64,000 bases of DNA from NCBI RefSeq assembly GCF_006345805.1, contig NW_021831838.1:724-64723 (forward strand), read 5' to 3'. The DNA is from Octopus sinensis (lineage: Eukaryota). The notes under the pieces are model-generated. The model was not told the origin of the DNA. It did not search any database and saw nothing but the letters and a program-made list of their open reading frames with translations. The translations under genes and the position numbers were made by a program. Below, in pieces: positions 13,291 through 26,388 of this stretch. Positions within the stretch are counted from its first letter, which is position 1. Each line of letters starts with the position of its first letter.

Positions 13291-13919
13291 ACCCACAAAC
13301 ATTTCCTGCACCTATATATTTGATTTTGCTTTGCTAAAGCGTAATGATTGGAGGAAGGGAGATTAGAGAAAAAGAGAGACAAATGACGTCATAGGTAATT
13401 ATGTCGTAGCAACAAAATTTGAAAATTTAACTTCCCAATTCATTTCTACGTTCTTCGAGAGTTAAGTCGCAAAAATCAACCAAACCAGAATTTTAAATCT
13501 GAATAGAATGCAGAAGAAAACAAAATTCCCGATGAACCATACATATGCATCAACATATTAATTAAAAGACAAACCTTACGATAAAAGAGTAAAACTACAT
13601 ATTCTATATGATAAATCACAGAAACGCCATCCTGTGGAATTATTAAAGCATTATGTTTTAATGCTGTCCTTTCCTCACCACATAACTATTTTTAAATAGG
13701 ATTTATTTATGTTTACTGTATTGATTATGTTAACATTAACTTAACTATTGTTTCTCGTACAGCTGATGGCGTCTCAGAGTAGTTAACTCTGTGGTGAGGA
13801 AAACATACATACCAAAACATATGCATACACTTGCACAGATACAGACATATATATACATATACATGCCTGTCTGCTTGTCTGTCGATCTGTCTGTCTGTTT
13901 CTCTGTATGTACGAACCCC

Positions 13920-13921
13920 CT

Positions 13922-13952
<31 letters not shown>

Positions 13953-13975
13953 ATCTATCTACATACATACATACA

Positions 13976-14006
<31 letters not shown>

Positions 14007-14290
14007 TTACCTACGTACCTACATATATACATACATACACACCTACCTACCTACCTACCTACCTACCTACCTACCTACATACATACATACATACATACAT
14101 ACATACTACATACATACATACTTACCTACGTACCTACATATACACATACATACACACCTACCTACCTACTTACCTTTCTACCTACCTATATACATACATA
14201 CATACATACATACATACATACATACATACATACATACATACATACATACATACGTACATACATACGTACATACATACATATATACATAAT
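13920..14290. repeat. (CT)n/(ATAC)n/(CCTA)n compound microsatellite
   Basis: Directly visible. Confidence 0.95.
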
Positions 14291-14505
14291 GGACTCTCCC
14301 ATCGTTAGTCGACGTGTGAGGGTTCGACACTTTCTTACCGAATATCGACATTACCTGTACAGGTGCAACGCGTACCACATGTCAGATGTCGAAATGATCG
14401 CAGAGCAACATGAAACGAAGTGCTTTGCTCAAGAAAACAACGCAGCGCCTAGTCTGGGAATCGGACCCACGATCTTACAAGCATGATTGCAATACCTTCG
14501 CCTAA
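14290..14505 (-). mobile_element. tRNA-derived SINE with TTGT.TTCTTGAGCAA..CACTT central domain
   Basis: Minus strand has a B-box-like GGTCCGATTCCC followed by GCGTTGTTTTCTTGAGCAAAGCACTTCG; related copy at 50440-50730. Confidence 0.7.
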
Positions 14506-14558
14506 GCTATGTATGTATGTATGTATGTATGTATGTATGTATGATGTATGTATGTATG

Positions 14559-14590
<32 letters not shown>

Positions 14591-14656
14591 TGTATGTATG
14601 TATTACATATTTGTACACCACCTGTCTTCGTCTTTGTTTTTTTCGTAAACTCTCCC

Positions 14657-14806
<150 letters not shown>

Positions 14807-15364
14807 TAGATAGATAGATATATACACATACGGATACATATGAATGCTTGTATACATACGCACACAAGTAAGTATATACATAAATACACACTTATATGCA
14901 TGTATCCATCCTTCCTTCCTCCCTTCGTTCGTTCGTTCGTTCGTTCGTTCGTTCGTTCGTTCGTTCCTTCCTTCCTTCCTCCAGGAAGATACTCGATACA
15001 CAGAATTAAACAGTTTTTTTTTTAACGTTATTTCTCTGAAATTACAATTTTAAAAATGATTTTTAATAATTGTTTTAAGTATTTTAGATGTTTCCCAAAC
15101 TGGTTGTTATTTAGTAACTGATGATCGCATAACAGCCAGGTTGAGAAACAGTTTTCGAAGGCTTTTAATCGATTGTATTGATTCCAGTATATATGTTTGG
15201 TATTTATTTTATCGATATGTTAAGGTCGAACGGTTATATTGACTGAGCATAAGGCTATGTAATCAAAACAAGAAAACGTCAGAAAGTTTCACGCATCCTT
15301 TCGCAACACACACAGCTATATCATCGATCCATCGATCCATCCATCCACATACACATATATATAT

Positions 15365-15538
15365 ATAGGCACAGGCGTGGCTGTGTGTTAAGAAACTCCC
15401 AACCACATGGTTCCGGGTTCAGTCCCACTGCATGGCACTTTGGGCAAGTGCCTTCTACTATAACCTCGGATTATAGACCAAAGCCTTGTGACTGGATTTG
15501 GTAGATAGAAACTGAAAGAAGCCTGTCTATATATATTA

Positions 15539-15617
<79 letters not shown>

Positions 15618-15627
15618 CATATATAAG

Positions 15628-15661
<34 letters not shown>

Positions 15662-15714
15662 TATATATAATATAATATATATATTGCATGTATATATATA
15701 TGTATGTATGTATG

Positions 15715-15748
<34 letters not shown>

Positions 15749-16274
15749 TGTATGTATGTATGTATGTATAATTTACGATGAAAGTAAACAAAGTTTGTTT
15801 TAGAAGCGTTGAGATGTATTGAAATGTTTTTTTTATTCAGTATCTTTTATATATATATATATATATATATTATTACATTATATAAAAGGGCTTAGTAAAA
15901 TAAATTACTTTGCCGTATACTGAACTCATTAGAATAGCAGCTAAAAAAACTTTTTAAAACTATTTTCTAATACTTAAAGAAAACCTCTCTCATATAGTGT
16001 TTGCTCATTCAACTCACGCAAATATGGTACCCCATATTTGCGTGAGTTGAATGAGCAAACACTATATGAGGAGAGGTTTTCTTTAAGTATTAGAAATAGT
16101 TTAAAAAAGTTTTTTTAGCTGCTATTTCTAATGAGTTCAGTATACGGCAAAGTAATTTATTTTACTAAGCCTTTTATATAATGTAATAATTTGAATTCGC
16201 CTTAAATGGTCCCTTTGCATACTGAATACTTGGTGAAATTGATTAATAATTAATTTTACCCTCAATTGTTGAAA

Positions 16275-16314
<40 letters not shown>

Positions 16315-16520
16315 GTATGTATATATATATGTTTGTATGTCTGTGTTTATCCATCCACCATCGCTTGATAACCGATGTTCGTGTGTCTACGTCCCCGTAA
16401 CTTAGCGATTCGGCAAAAAGAGTCCGATAGAATAAGTACTAGTACTGGGGTCGGTTTTTTCGACTAAAGGTGGTGCTTCAGCATGGCCACAGTCAAGTGA
16501 CCGACACAAGAAAAGAGGAT
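15365..16520 (+). mobile_element. CORE-like SINE split in its central microsatellite (5' half 15365-15527, 3' half 16335-16520)
   Basis: Head GGCACAGGCGTGGCTGTGTG...GGTTCAGTCCC; tail CAGCATGGCCACAGTCAAGTGACC; the intervening sequence includes the 15869-16190 hairpin. Confidence 0.7.
15869..16190. repeat. Long near-perfect palindrome (arms ~159 bp, 4-nt loop TACC at 16028-16031)
   Basis: 15869-16027 is the reverse complement of 16032-16190, differing mainly by single-base indels in homopolymers. Confidence 0.95.
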
Positions 16521-17244
16521 TTTTTTTATTACCCACAAAGGGCTGTACACAGAATGGGACAATACAAACAAGGCAAACATAAACTTGGGGAACTCAAAAT
16601 AAAAGAAACTAAAGAATTAAAGAAAATCGAATGAGACAAGAAAAGAATACACACACACATACACACACACACACACACACATACACACACATACACACAT
16701 ATGTAGGTATTGATGTGATAGTTAAATAATCCATTAAATTTATAACATAGCTGCTTGCAGTTTATCGGAATTAAAAAGAAAAAGAAAAAATGCAAAAAGA
16801 AAAAGACCCGATTCCTAGTGGACACAACAAAGTGTATATATATATAGTCGTACATATTTACACAGGGAACCACATAAATATATGCCTATGAGTTCGTGTA
16901 TTTGTCGATTTATGTACACACGCTAAGACACATACGCTTGCACACGAGCATCCCAACATCTATGTGTTTAGGTGTATGTGCAAATCTTTGTTTAAATAAA
17001 TGGAGGAAAGAGTAGATATTTGGCGCGATAGACAGAAATTGCACACAAAAAGCACAAAGAATTTAATAGAGAAGAAAAGAACAAAAAAAGAAAAGTGTGT
17101 AAAATATTGTGTTCAATAATGTTTTCTACGTCGTTGTGTACAAATCTTGATTCACACATATAACTAAATTACTTCCCTAATTATCTCCCTTAGCTATCGA
17201 CGTTGCTTCCATTTTTTTAATTCATGTCTTTCTTTCTTTCTTTC

Positions 17245-17287
<43 letters not shown>

Positions 17288-17619
17288 CAATAAGGCAATA
17301 ATTAAATTAAGAATAGTTTCCAATTTACGAATAACAGAATTCCTGAGAAATTGCCACTTCGCATATAATATTACTTCTTGAGATTAATGTTAATCCAACT
17401 ACATCTAGCCAGACAAACAGCAAAAATGGTTTATAAGGGACTTCATGTATTTGCTGCTGTACTGGGACAACGGTGATTGAGTACAACACCACCTGGAGGA
17501 AATAATGGGACGCATTCATCTCTAAACGCAATTTCTGGATGCGAATCATAGTTGGAGCAAAACATGCGTTCGTGGCATGCATGCACTCTAGCTCTCTCTC
17601 TCTCTCACGCACGCACGCG

Positions 17620-17679
<60 letters not shown>

Positions 17680-17733
17680 GTGTCATATGACGCAGAGTTG
17701 TCAGACGATAAGAAATATTATAAATATAGACAC

Positions 17734-18200
17734 ATAGGCGCAGGAGTGGCTGTGTGGTATGTAGCTTGCTAACCAACCACATGGTTCCGGGTTCAGTCCC
17801 ACTGCGTGGCATCTTGGGCAAGTGTCTTCTGCTATGGCCCCGGGCGACCAATGCCTTGTGAGTGGATTTGGTAGACGGAAACTGAAAGAAGCTGTCGTAT
17901 ATATGTATATATATAATTATATATATATATTATATATATATAATATATATAATATATATGTGTGTGGTCTGTGTGTGTGTGTATGTGTGTCTGTGTTTGT
18001 CCCCCTAGCATTGCTTGACAACCGATGCTGGTGTGTTTACGTCCCCGTCACTTAGCGGTTCGGCAAAAGAGACCGATAGAATAAGTACTGGGCTTACAAA
18101 GAATAAGTCCCGGGGTCGATTTGCTCGACTAAAGGCGGTGCTCCAGCATGGCCGCAGTCAAATGACTGAAACAAGTAAAAGAGTAAAAAAGAGAAAAGAG
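17734..18200 (+). mobile_element. Full-length CORE-like tRNA-derived SINE (OR2-like)
   Basis: A-box-like TGGCTGTGTGG, B-box-like GGTTCAGTCCC, CORE-like TTGGGCAAGTGTCTT, internal (TA)/(TG) tract, 3' tail CAGCATGGCCGCAGTCAAATGACTGAAACAAG(TAAAAGAG)n. Confidence 0.9.
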
Positions 18201-18396
18201 TATAGACAGACACAGGACACGTAAAAAATATCATCCATATACACTGAAAATGTATATATACTTAGCTCCCCACAAATTATACACACACGCTTGGACACAT
18301 ACAGACACACGTATGTATACATGTCTGTCTGCGTGTCTGAATATCTGTATGTTTCTCTCTCTGTTTCTCTGTCTCTTTGTATGTTCACCTTTGTAC

Positions 18397-18457
<61 letters not shown>

Positions 18458-19499
18458 TACACACACACACACACGCACACACATCTATGATGGGGAACAA
18501 TCAAAGGATTTTAATCGATTGTATTGATTCCAGTACATATGTCTGGTATTTATTCTATCGATATCCCATGGTCGAACGGTTATATCGACTGAGCATAAAG
18601 CAACGTTATCAGAAAGTCAGAGAAAAGTCACAAGGTTTGACGCATCCTTCCACAACACACTCACGCAGCTACATCCATCCAGCCAGCCATCCATCCATCC
18701 ATCCATCCGTTCGTCCGTCCGTCTGTCTGTCCGTCTATCCATCCATCCATCCATCCATCCATCCATCCATCCATCCATACATACATACATACATACATAC
18801 ATACATACACACACACATACATACATACATACATACATACATACATACATACATACATACATACGCATATTCATATATACGCACACACACACACACACAC
18901 ACATACACACACACACATGCACACACACATACATATATATACACTTACATACAGACTTGGCGCCTTCAACATGAGACGTGCAGGCGTTAAGGACTGTTTA
19001 AAATGCCTTGGTTTTGAACGTTTTCTTCAACAATTATGCCGACTCCTCCAGCTTAAATTAGTAACTGGTTTATTTCTTCAGTAATTAATAAGATACACAC
19101 CTTTTACTTATCATCGTAGCATTATTCAGAAGGGATTACAGAAATATATCTTATACTACGCAGAATTCTGCTCGTACGAACACGGCTGACGCTAGTAACA
19201 CCACCACCAACGCAAATTTTATTACGTCCGTAAGCTATTTATTAAGACGCAAGTAAATCTAATTTTATTTGGAATTTTGAATTTACATTGAAACCAAGGC
19301 CTTCTTTAGAACTCGTGATAACCATTCTGTTGGCTATAGGAAGCGGTTAAAAAATACCGGGCGCGGAGCTTATTCCAACTTAGCTTTGCAGCAAGGCAGC
19401 TTCGACAAGTACATTTCTTTGAAGAACAGCTTGCTTTCGCGATTGATAATCGATCTTTTCAAGGAACTTAGAACCGGCCACAATCTGCTACAAGAGTTC

Positions 19500-20450
19500 G
19501 AAAACAATGTAGACAAATTGCTGCTGGCATCACCAAATTTTCATATTTTTCTATTTGTAACTGATTCGGCAGAGACGACTGTGGAATATATCCAACTTAG
19601 AAACATTCCGAAGCCACAGATCGGAAAAAAAAACAAAAAAACTCTTCTACTTTTTGAAGACTATCATTGAGCGACAAGCCATTCTTAATAAGATTGCAGG
19701 AAAATCTAACTGCTCTAATGTTGGAAATTATCGACCATGCTGTTAGGGAACTCATAGAATCATGTGATAATAATAATAATTGGACAATTAATATCTTCAT
19801 ATACACAACTGCTATCATTCTTAAAGATCATCTTGGAGAAATCTTCAGTATACATGGTAATAAAATTACTAAGCGGAAGCAACCTAGATGGAAAACAAAA
19901 GTTGAAGAGCCCATTAACGATATGGGCTGCCATATTGATTGGTTAACCACGATAATAAAATGTAAGGGAAAATAAGTTCACGTCTTACCAAATACATTTT
20001 ACGCAAATATCAATAAAACTTTACGGTAGCTCTTCCCACCAAACTTTTGAGGGAAAACTAATTACTCTCAGGTACGAGCCAAAGACACTAAGCGAAAATC
20101 TTTGCTACCGTAGGAGAATTTTTGTGCGATCCAGTATAAGTTATAAGTTTGCTTCCAACCCACAGGAATTATGCGAAGAAATGAGAAAGAAAAACATTAC
20201 AATTAAGAAAGCTCTCTCTCAAAAAAGGTCTTGAATCATTCTGGTCTAAGATCTGGAATAAAAAGGAGAGATTTCAACCTTAATGCAATATAATTAGGAA
20301 AGAATACTGGACCAACATCGACCCTAAAAACATGCACAGTTGACTCAGAAACGTTCACTATTGCTGTAGACAAAGGAAAGCACCTGAAAGAGACCTAATA
20401 GTTGACTATTGGACCAAGAGGCAGACATTTTATAGAAAACCATTAATATG
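19500..20450 (+). mobile_element. R4/Dong-like (RLE-type) non-LTR retrotransposon fragment, region just upstream of the RT
   Basis: Frameshifted NIFIYTTAIILKDHL..KRKQPRWKTKVEEPI, FASNPQELCEEMR, FWSKIW, and RKAPERDLIVDYWTK (20374-20418), matching R4/Dong motifs PxWKxR, FxxNxxxFY, FWxxIW, WKAPGxDxIxxYWxK. Confidence 0.75.
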
Positions 20451-20749
20451 TACACTCAGAATGATCATTGTGAGTAAGCTCGGGTTTTCAGGATAAGCTC
20501 GGGTTTTAAGAAAAAGAAATCAGCAAGCTAAATTGCACATCATAAATGCATTTTGTATGCGGAACAGTAAAAATATGCAAGACTTTCTCATGTTTAAAAG
20601 GTGAATTTCTTTTATCTACATTCCAACGATAGATCTTTGTATCTTTGCTAGAAGCCAGATCTTTCCTTACGTTATCTCAGATAATGATTTAAAATAGAAA
20701 AGAACATGCATACGCGTGTGTGTGTGTGTGTGTATCTACACACGCAAAT

Positions 20750-21340
20750 AACCCAGGGGATTCTGCTCTGTTTCCGTTTATTAAATTTTTATCACAACGT
20801 CTTGGTTGAGGTGTTGGTTTATTAGAAAACTCATGCGACATCGAACTCTGAACCGCACTGCCACGCCAGCATAATTTCTACAATTTATAGAAAATTAAGT
20901 TTTAAATCTTCACCTTCGGCCTATTTCCAACATTTCCAAACAAATCTGGAACGCATTTTCGTGATAACAATTGAGATATTTGACAGCCTGTGTATAAGAA
21001 TATGACAAAATATTCGGCCAGCCGATTAGCAAGACATCCATTCAACCAACTGTACAATTTGTCTTCTTGTCCACTTGTATGTATCGGATGATTTGTAAAG
21101 GTCCGAACAGTCTTGGAATTAATTTCATACTGGCTACACTTGAGTATCCAGCGGTCATTATGATTGTATATCTTGACCAAATAATATTTTTGTTGTTGCT
21201 AATCGGTACATCTTGAATGTTTATCTGTCCGGAATCGTATTTAAATGAAAGGCGGTATTGATGTAATGTCGCACGCTTTGTTGAAAATAGCTTCTGAATA
21301 AGAGAATAACTGAGTTGGGGTAATTCTGTTGACATAATAA
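20750..21340 (-). pseudogene. Heavily degraded RTE-like reverse transcriptase fragment
   Basis: Minus frames give KLIPRLFGPLQIIRYIQVDKKTNC and SAGRIFCHILIHRL, resembling RTE RT motifs IPxDxxDAxIxxLYKxKGDxxxC and SIAGKIFARILLxRL; many disablements. Confidence 0.4.
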
Positions 21341-21941
21341 CAGAGGTAGTTTAATTTACTTGACAGAATAACAGATGCTAGATGGGTTAATTCCGATAGC
21401 GGAATATTGAAGTGGGTTCATTTTCTTGACAGAAGGAGGAATAATTTGGATGGCAGAACTCAGAATGGTAGCTTTGGTGACAGCATAGAGACGTTTCGCT
21501 TATTTCTTATGAAAGAACACAATAGTATGAGTGTGAGGGAGGAAGGGAGCGTTGAATCTAGTGATATAAAGACGTGTTGGATTAATTCGCGTGACAGAAA
21601 TGCAGAAGTCGGTAAAATTACTAATCATGACAGAACACAAATTTAGGATACATTTGTTTTTGTGGGAAAAGGCAGATAGAGGTTAATACTTACAAATACT
21701 ATGTTCCTTTTACCTAAACCCATCCAATACACTCACTTCTTCTTCTGCCATTATGACCACTATATTTTATTTACAGTAATCCATACTGAACATTTTCCCA
21801 TGATTCCAGTCAAACGAATCATTCAGTTAAAAATTTCTAATCAGCTACTGGATAGACGATTAGTATTGCAGTCCAATACACAGTGACCGTCTCTGAATTA
21901 ATGTAAAATATAATTGTAGAGATTTAGTTGTTAGGTAGATG

Positions 21942-22334
21942 CAGCACCGGATTAACCATTAAGCAAAATTAGCACGTGCTTAGGGCATCAAGGGAAGCGG
22001 GGTACCACAGAGATGGCAAATGGTTTATGATACAAAGAGAATCACTCTAAACTTGCCAAAATGATATAATTTTGAAGTGTTCACGGTGTCATAGTGAGAA
22101 TCTAATCAAAGACTTTGCTATTACCAAAAAGTAGGAGAAAACTTATCAAGTATAAATAAAGTGGAAGTATACAAAAATAATCATTATTTTCAATCTCACT
22201 GTTAATTTTGTCTAATTTTGAAAAATAAATATTTATTTTATGGTGTATTATTATTTGTATTTCGAATTACATATATATGGGTCACCCAAATCATTTAAGT
22301 GATTGGGGCCTCTATGGGTCTTAATCTGGTCTTA
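21942..22334. mobile_element. Non-autonomous hAT-type DNA transposon
   Basis: Imperfect 14-bp TIRs (CAGCACCGGATTAA / reverse complement TAAGACCAGATTAA); 8-bp TSD GGTAGATG (21934-21941) / GGAAGATG (22335-22342). Confidence 0.7.
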
Positions 22335-23589
22335 GGAAGATGGCCTGCTTTTTACATCGGTTGATAATCAGGCGTCTATTTGCAACAGGAAGCTTTGTAA
22401 AATAAGAAACGTAGAATTAAATGTACTGTTCAAGTTCACGACATAGCACCAGCATTGCTAGAAGTCCAGTATTATAGGAAAATGATCATTTCATTTTTAC
22501 TGCAGAGATCAAAATAGTAGACTCATGCGGTTGGAGTAGCCAAAGCATTGTTTGAAATAACTTCATACATCGGTAGAGTCGGTTTTTTAAAATTAATATA
22601 ATTATTTAATTATAGGACAATAACTTTAAAGTTTCGATGTGTGTAGTTCTTAATTCAGACTGTAATAATTTTGGTAGCCTACATTGAGTCAAGTATCTGT
22701 GAATTCTGTGGAAGTAGGTTGATAGAATGACGAAATACATGGGAAAGGAAAAGTGACTGTCCATAACTAAGGTCCTTGTCATGAACGGTTAAGTTTCACA
22801 ACGAACCCAGCAATATGAGTAAAAGTTACGATCCCCTAATGCCGAACTTGATTTAAAGAGGATGTGATATCGATATCTACATTTATGAATTTGTTTTGCA
22901 AGATTCCTGATGTGAAATCGTGTATTGAAAAAGATATATTTTGGGATGGTTATTTTTTTTCTTGCCAAATAAACACACGCACCATATATTCGTCCACCAC
23001 TCGTTTATTATTGTTCTTATTTTATCTTATGTCCATTGTCTGGAAATCTTTCGTTACACATCTGTGACCTCTTCAGCAACTCACCCATCCCACGTGTACC
23101 TCCCGTTCTGTTTAGTCCATCCTTTACTAGGAAAGTGATTTTTGTCATACAAAATATTACATCTATATGAGCTACCGGATGACACATTCAGAGCAATAAT
23201 TATTGTTCTGAATAAACAGAGGCTGAGTGATATTCAACAGGGTGAAAAAAAATCCTTTTCTGGTTATTAGAGCCAAGAATTCTCTGTGGAGATTGTAACA
23301 ACATAATTTTGAAATTGTTCTAGAATAAGGAAGGAAATAAATTCTATAAATTTATTCGAAAATTTTACTTTCACCGTCCGTCCTTCAGCCCACCCGTCTT
23401 TCTGTCTGTCTGTCTGTCTGTCTCCCTCTCTCTCTCTTCCAGCTCTCTACCACTCATACATATACACACGTTATAAATTCATTATTAGTATGTAGTTTGA
23501 TTTCCTCTCTCACTCATCCCTCCTCTTCTATCACTAACCGCTCTTTTCCATTTCTGGTTGTATCTCTCTCTCTTTGTACACACACGCAT

Positions 23590-23850
23590 GCGCCCATGTA
23601 TTTATGTATGTATGTATGCATGCATGCATGTATGTATGTATGTATGTATGTATGTATGTATGTATGTATGTATGAATGAATGCATGTATGTATGTATGTA
23701 TGTATGCATGTATGTATGTATGTATGTATGTATGTATGTATGTATGTATGTATGTATGTATGTATGAATGTATGTATGTATGTATGTATGCATGTATGTA
23801 TGTATGTATGTATGTATGTATGTATGTATGTATGAATGTATGTATGTATG
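23590..23850. repeat. (TATG)n microsatellite
   Basis: Directly visible. Confidence 0.95.
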
Positions 23851-23993
23851 TATACGAATATATGAAATGACAATCCCGAAATATAACTATATAATTAACT
23901 ATGTATGTATGAATGTATGTCTCTTATATTTTTTAATTATTATAAATCTTCCCCTGAGGAGGGAGCCGGTTTTCAACAAAGATACAAGGCTCC

Positions 23994-24338
23994 ATCAATA
24001 GTCGTGGCTCAACCGCCGAACTCTGTCGCGTAAACAGCGTGCGACCATTGTAAGGCCAACTCAGTTCCAAAACGAAAACGATTCTACATGCAGCGTTGGG
24101 GGTACCCAAGTCACATTAAAGGACACGGTCTCTAACGAACGTAGTTGAGTCACGTGACGTTGGGTTGCTGACACGGTTGGGAATCAATAGTCATGGCTCA
24201 ACCTTGCACTCCTTCGAGTAAACACCGTATGATCATTGTGGGGACAACTCACCTCCCAAACGAAAACAATTCTGCATGGAGCATTCAGGCATACAAGGTC
24301 ACATTAAGGACACGGCCTCTAGCTAACGTGGTTGGGTC
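23994..24338 (+). repeat. Diverged tandem duplication, period 189 bp
   Basis: ATCAATAGTC.TGGCTCAACC...CAAACGAAAAC.ATTCT.CATG...GTCACATTAA.GGACACGG starts at 23994 and 24183. Confidence 0.85.
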
Positions 24339-24429
24339 TTAGACACCATAAATTAGTTGGCTAATCTACATGTGATATTTCGGTTTGTAATCGATAGCTG
24401 AAGAATATTTGTATAGGTTTCGTCTATGC

Positions 24430-24648
24430 CAGTGGTTTTCAACCAGTGTTCCGCGGAACCTTAGGGTTCCGCCAGTACAGTTCAGGGGTTCCGCAAGAAG
24501 TTACAAAACTGCTAAAATCGGCAGTAATTTTTAATTCTCCTGTGCAGATATGTATGCATAAGACTAATAAATTATTGCACAGGGGTTCCCCGAGCCAGTG
24601 GAATGTTTCCTTGGGGTTCCGCTCCAGCAAAAAGTTTGAAAAGCACTG
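24430..24648. mobile_element. hAT MITE (219 bp)
   Basis: TIRs CAGTGGTTTTCAAC / reverse complement CAGTGCTTTTCAAAC; perfect 8-bp TSD GTCTATGC at 24422-24429 and 24649-24656; internal GGGTTCC subterminal repeats. Confidence 0.92.
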
Positions 24649-25204
24649 GTCTATGCTTAGAACGAAGACTTTAATACTGAAACTAAAAGAAAATAGCTGA
24701 ATAGTTGCTCAGGATTTAAATATATTAGTATATTTTTCATTATAAACATAGTGCGTTCCAAGCGGTTTTTATTCCAACAATTACTACCTAAGGTAGTACG
24801 GGAACAGGCTATTATTGCTACCACTTAGACAACGCAGTTTGAAGTCTACATTGGTTAATCCATTTAATACAACCTTCTTATATAATTTCAGTAGCTGTTT
24901 TTTCCAGTTGGAACAGAAGCAATGGATTGACCATGCGGACAGTCGTAGGTACCTCAAGAAAGAGGGTTTTCTGCCCCCAGAAGCCCCATTACTCACTATA
25001 TGAAAAATTTTAAGAGTCTAAAGCCATCTCTGGAACATAAGTAGTGTATGTTCCCAGGTTGGAGAAAATCAGTTACGAACTTCAGAATTTCTGCGGGTTT
25101 ACACACGCACACACATCCTCAGGTTTATACATATACATATAGATATGTGTGTGTGTATGCGTGTGTGTATGTGTATGTGTAAAATTACAATTATATAAAT
25201 TATC

Positions 25205-25670
25205 TATAGGCGCAGGAGTGGCTGTGTGGTAAGTAGCTTGCTTTTCTACCACATGGTTTCGAGTTCAGTCCCACTGTGTTGCATCTTCGGCAAGTGTCTT
25301 CTAATATAGCCTCGGGCCGACCAAAGCCTTGTGAGTGGATTTGGTAGTCGGAAACTGAAAGAAGCCCGTCGTATATATGTATGTATGTATATATGTGTGT
25401 GTGTCTGTGTTTGTCTCCTCAACATCGCTTGACAACCGATGCTGATATGTTTACGTCCCCGTAAATTAGCGGTTCGGCAAAAGTGACCGATAGAATAAGT
25501 ACTACGTTTACAAAGAATAAGTCCAGAGGTTGATTTGCCCGACCCAGCATGGGATGCTCCAGCATGGGATGCTCCAGCATGGGATGCTCCAGCATGGGAT
25601 GCTCCAGCATGGGATGCTCCAGCATGGCCGCATTCAAATGACTGAAACAAATAAAAGAATAAAAAATGAA
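25205..25670 (+). mobile_element. Full-length CORE-like SINE carrying an internal 15-bp minisatellite
   Basis: Co-linear with 17734-18200 except at 25544-25618. Confidence 0.9.
25544..25628 (+). repeat. Minisatellite (CCAGCATGGGATGCT)x5 plus a partial unit
   Basis: Five identical units with no spacers. Confidence 0.97.
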
Positions 25671-25794
25671 AGAATATATTTTTATCTACCAGTCCGTCTC
25701 TCTATCTTTCTCTGTATAAGATATGTATATGCGTGTGTGAGTGTGTGTGTATATATATATATATAAATGCATATACATGTATATATATATATAG

Positions 25795-25840
<46 letters not shown>

Positions 25841-25869
25841 ATATATATATATATATAATATATAAATAT

Positions 25870-25917
<48 letters not shown>

Positions 25918-26001
25918 TCACAAATATATGGGTATATATGTATCATTATACGTACATATATTTATGTATATATATATATGTATGTATATATATGTGTGTA
26001 T

Positions 26002-26049
<48 letters not shown>

Positions 26050-26159
26050 ATGTTATATATATATATATATATATGTATATATACCTTTATATATATTATA
26101 TATATATATATATTAATATATATTTATAGTCAATCCCCCCCCCCCAAAAAAAAAACAAG

Positions 26160-26340
26160 AACTAATGCAAAAACAAAAACAACGCGGGGACGTGGTACAT
26201 GCAAAGTATTAGCAGACGCTCAGGGAAGGAAAGAAAGGTAGTTTTACGTTTCGATCCAAGCTCACCGTCACAAACAGAAGACGGAAAAAGTCCAAGAGAA
26301 AAGGAAGACGGAGGAAAAATATCGCCAACAATCCACATGT
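26160..26340 (-). mobile_element. PLE pseudo-LTR-like fragment with degenerate minimal HHR (26242-26275)
   Basis: Reverse complement aligns with 47180-47380; TGTGACGG-T-GAGC-TTG-GATC-GAAACGTA. Confidence 0.65.
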
Positions 26341-26342
26341 GC

Positions 26343-26388
<46 letters not shown>

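Noticed and set aside
17330-17500. Minus-strand exon after acceptor TATTTCCTCCAG (VVLYSITVVPVQQQIHEVPYKPF...)
   Set aside because: Peptide not recognised, donor weak, and no partner exon.
23954-23993. Hammerhead CTGAGGA-G-GGAGCC...GGCTCC
   Set aside because: Stem II forms but is followed by ATCA, not GAAA, and no stem III or UH site is present.
24900-25003. Plus-strand exon LEQKQWIDHADSRRYLKKEGFLPPEAPLLTI*
   Set aside because: Plausible acceptor only; no recognisable homology or supporting exons.
25544-25628. CRISPR-like array
   Set aside because: Repeats are contiguous with no spacers, are only 15 bp, lie inside a eukaryotic SINE, and no cas genes are present.
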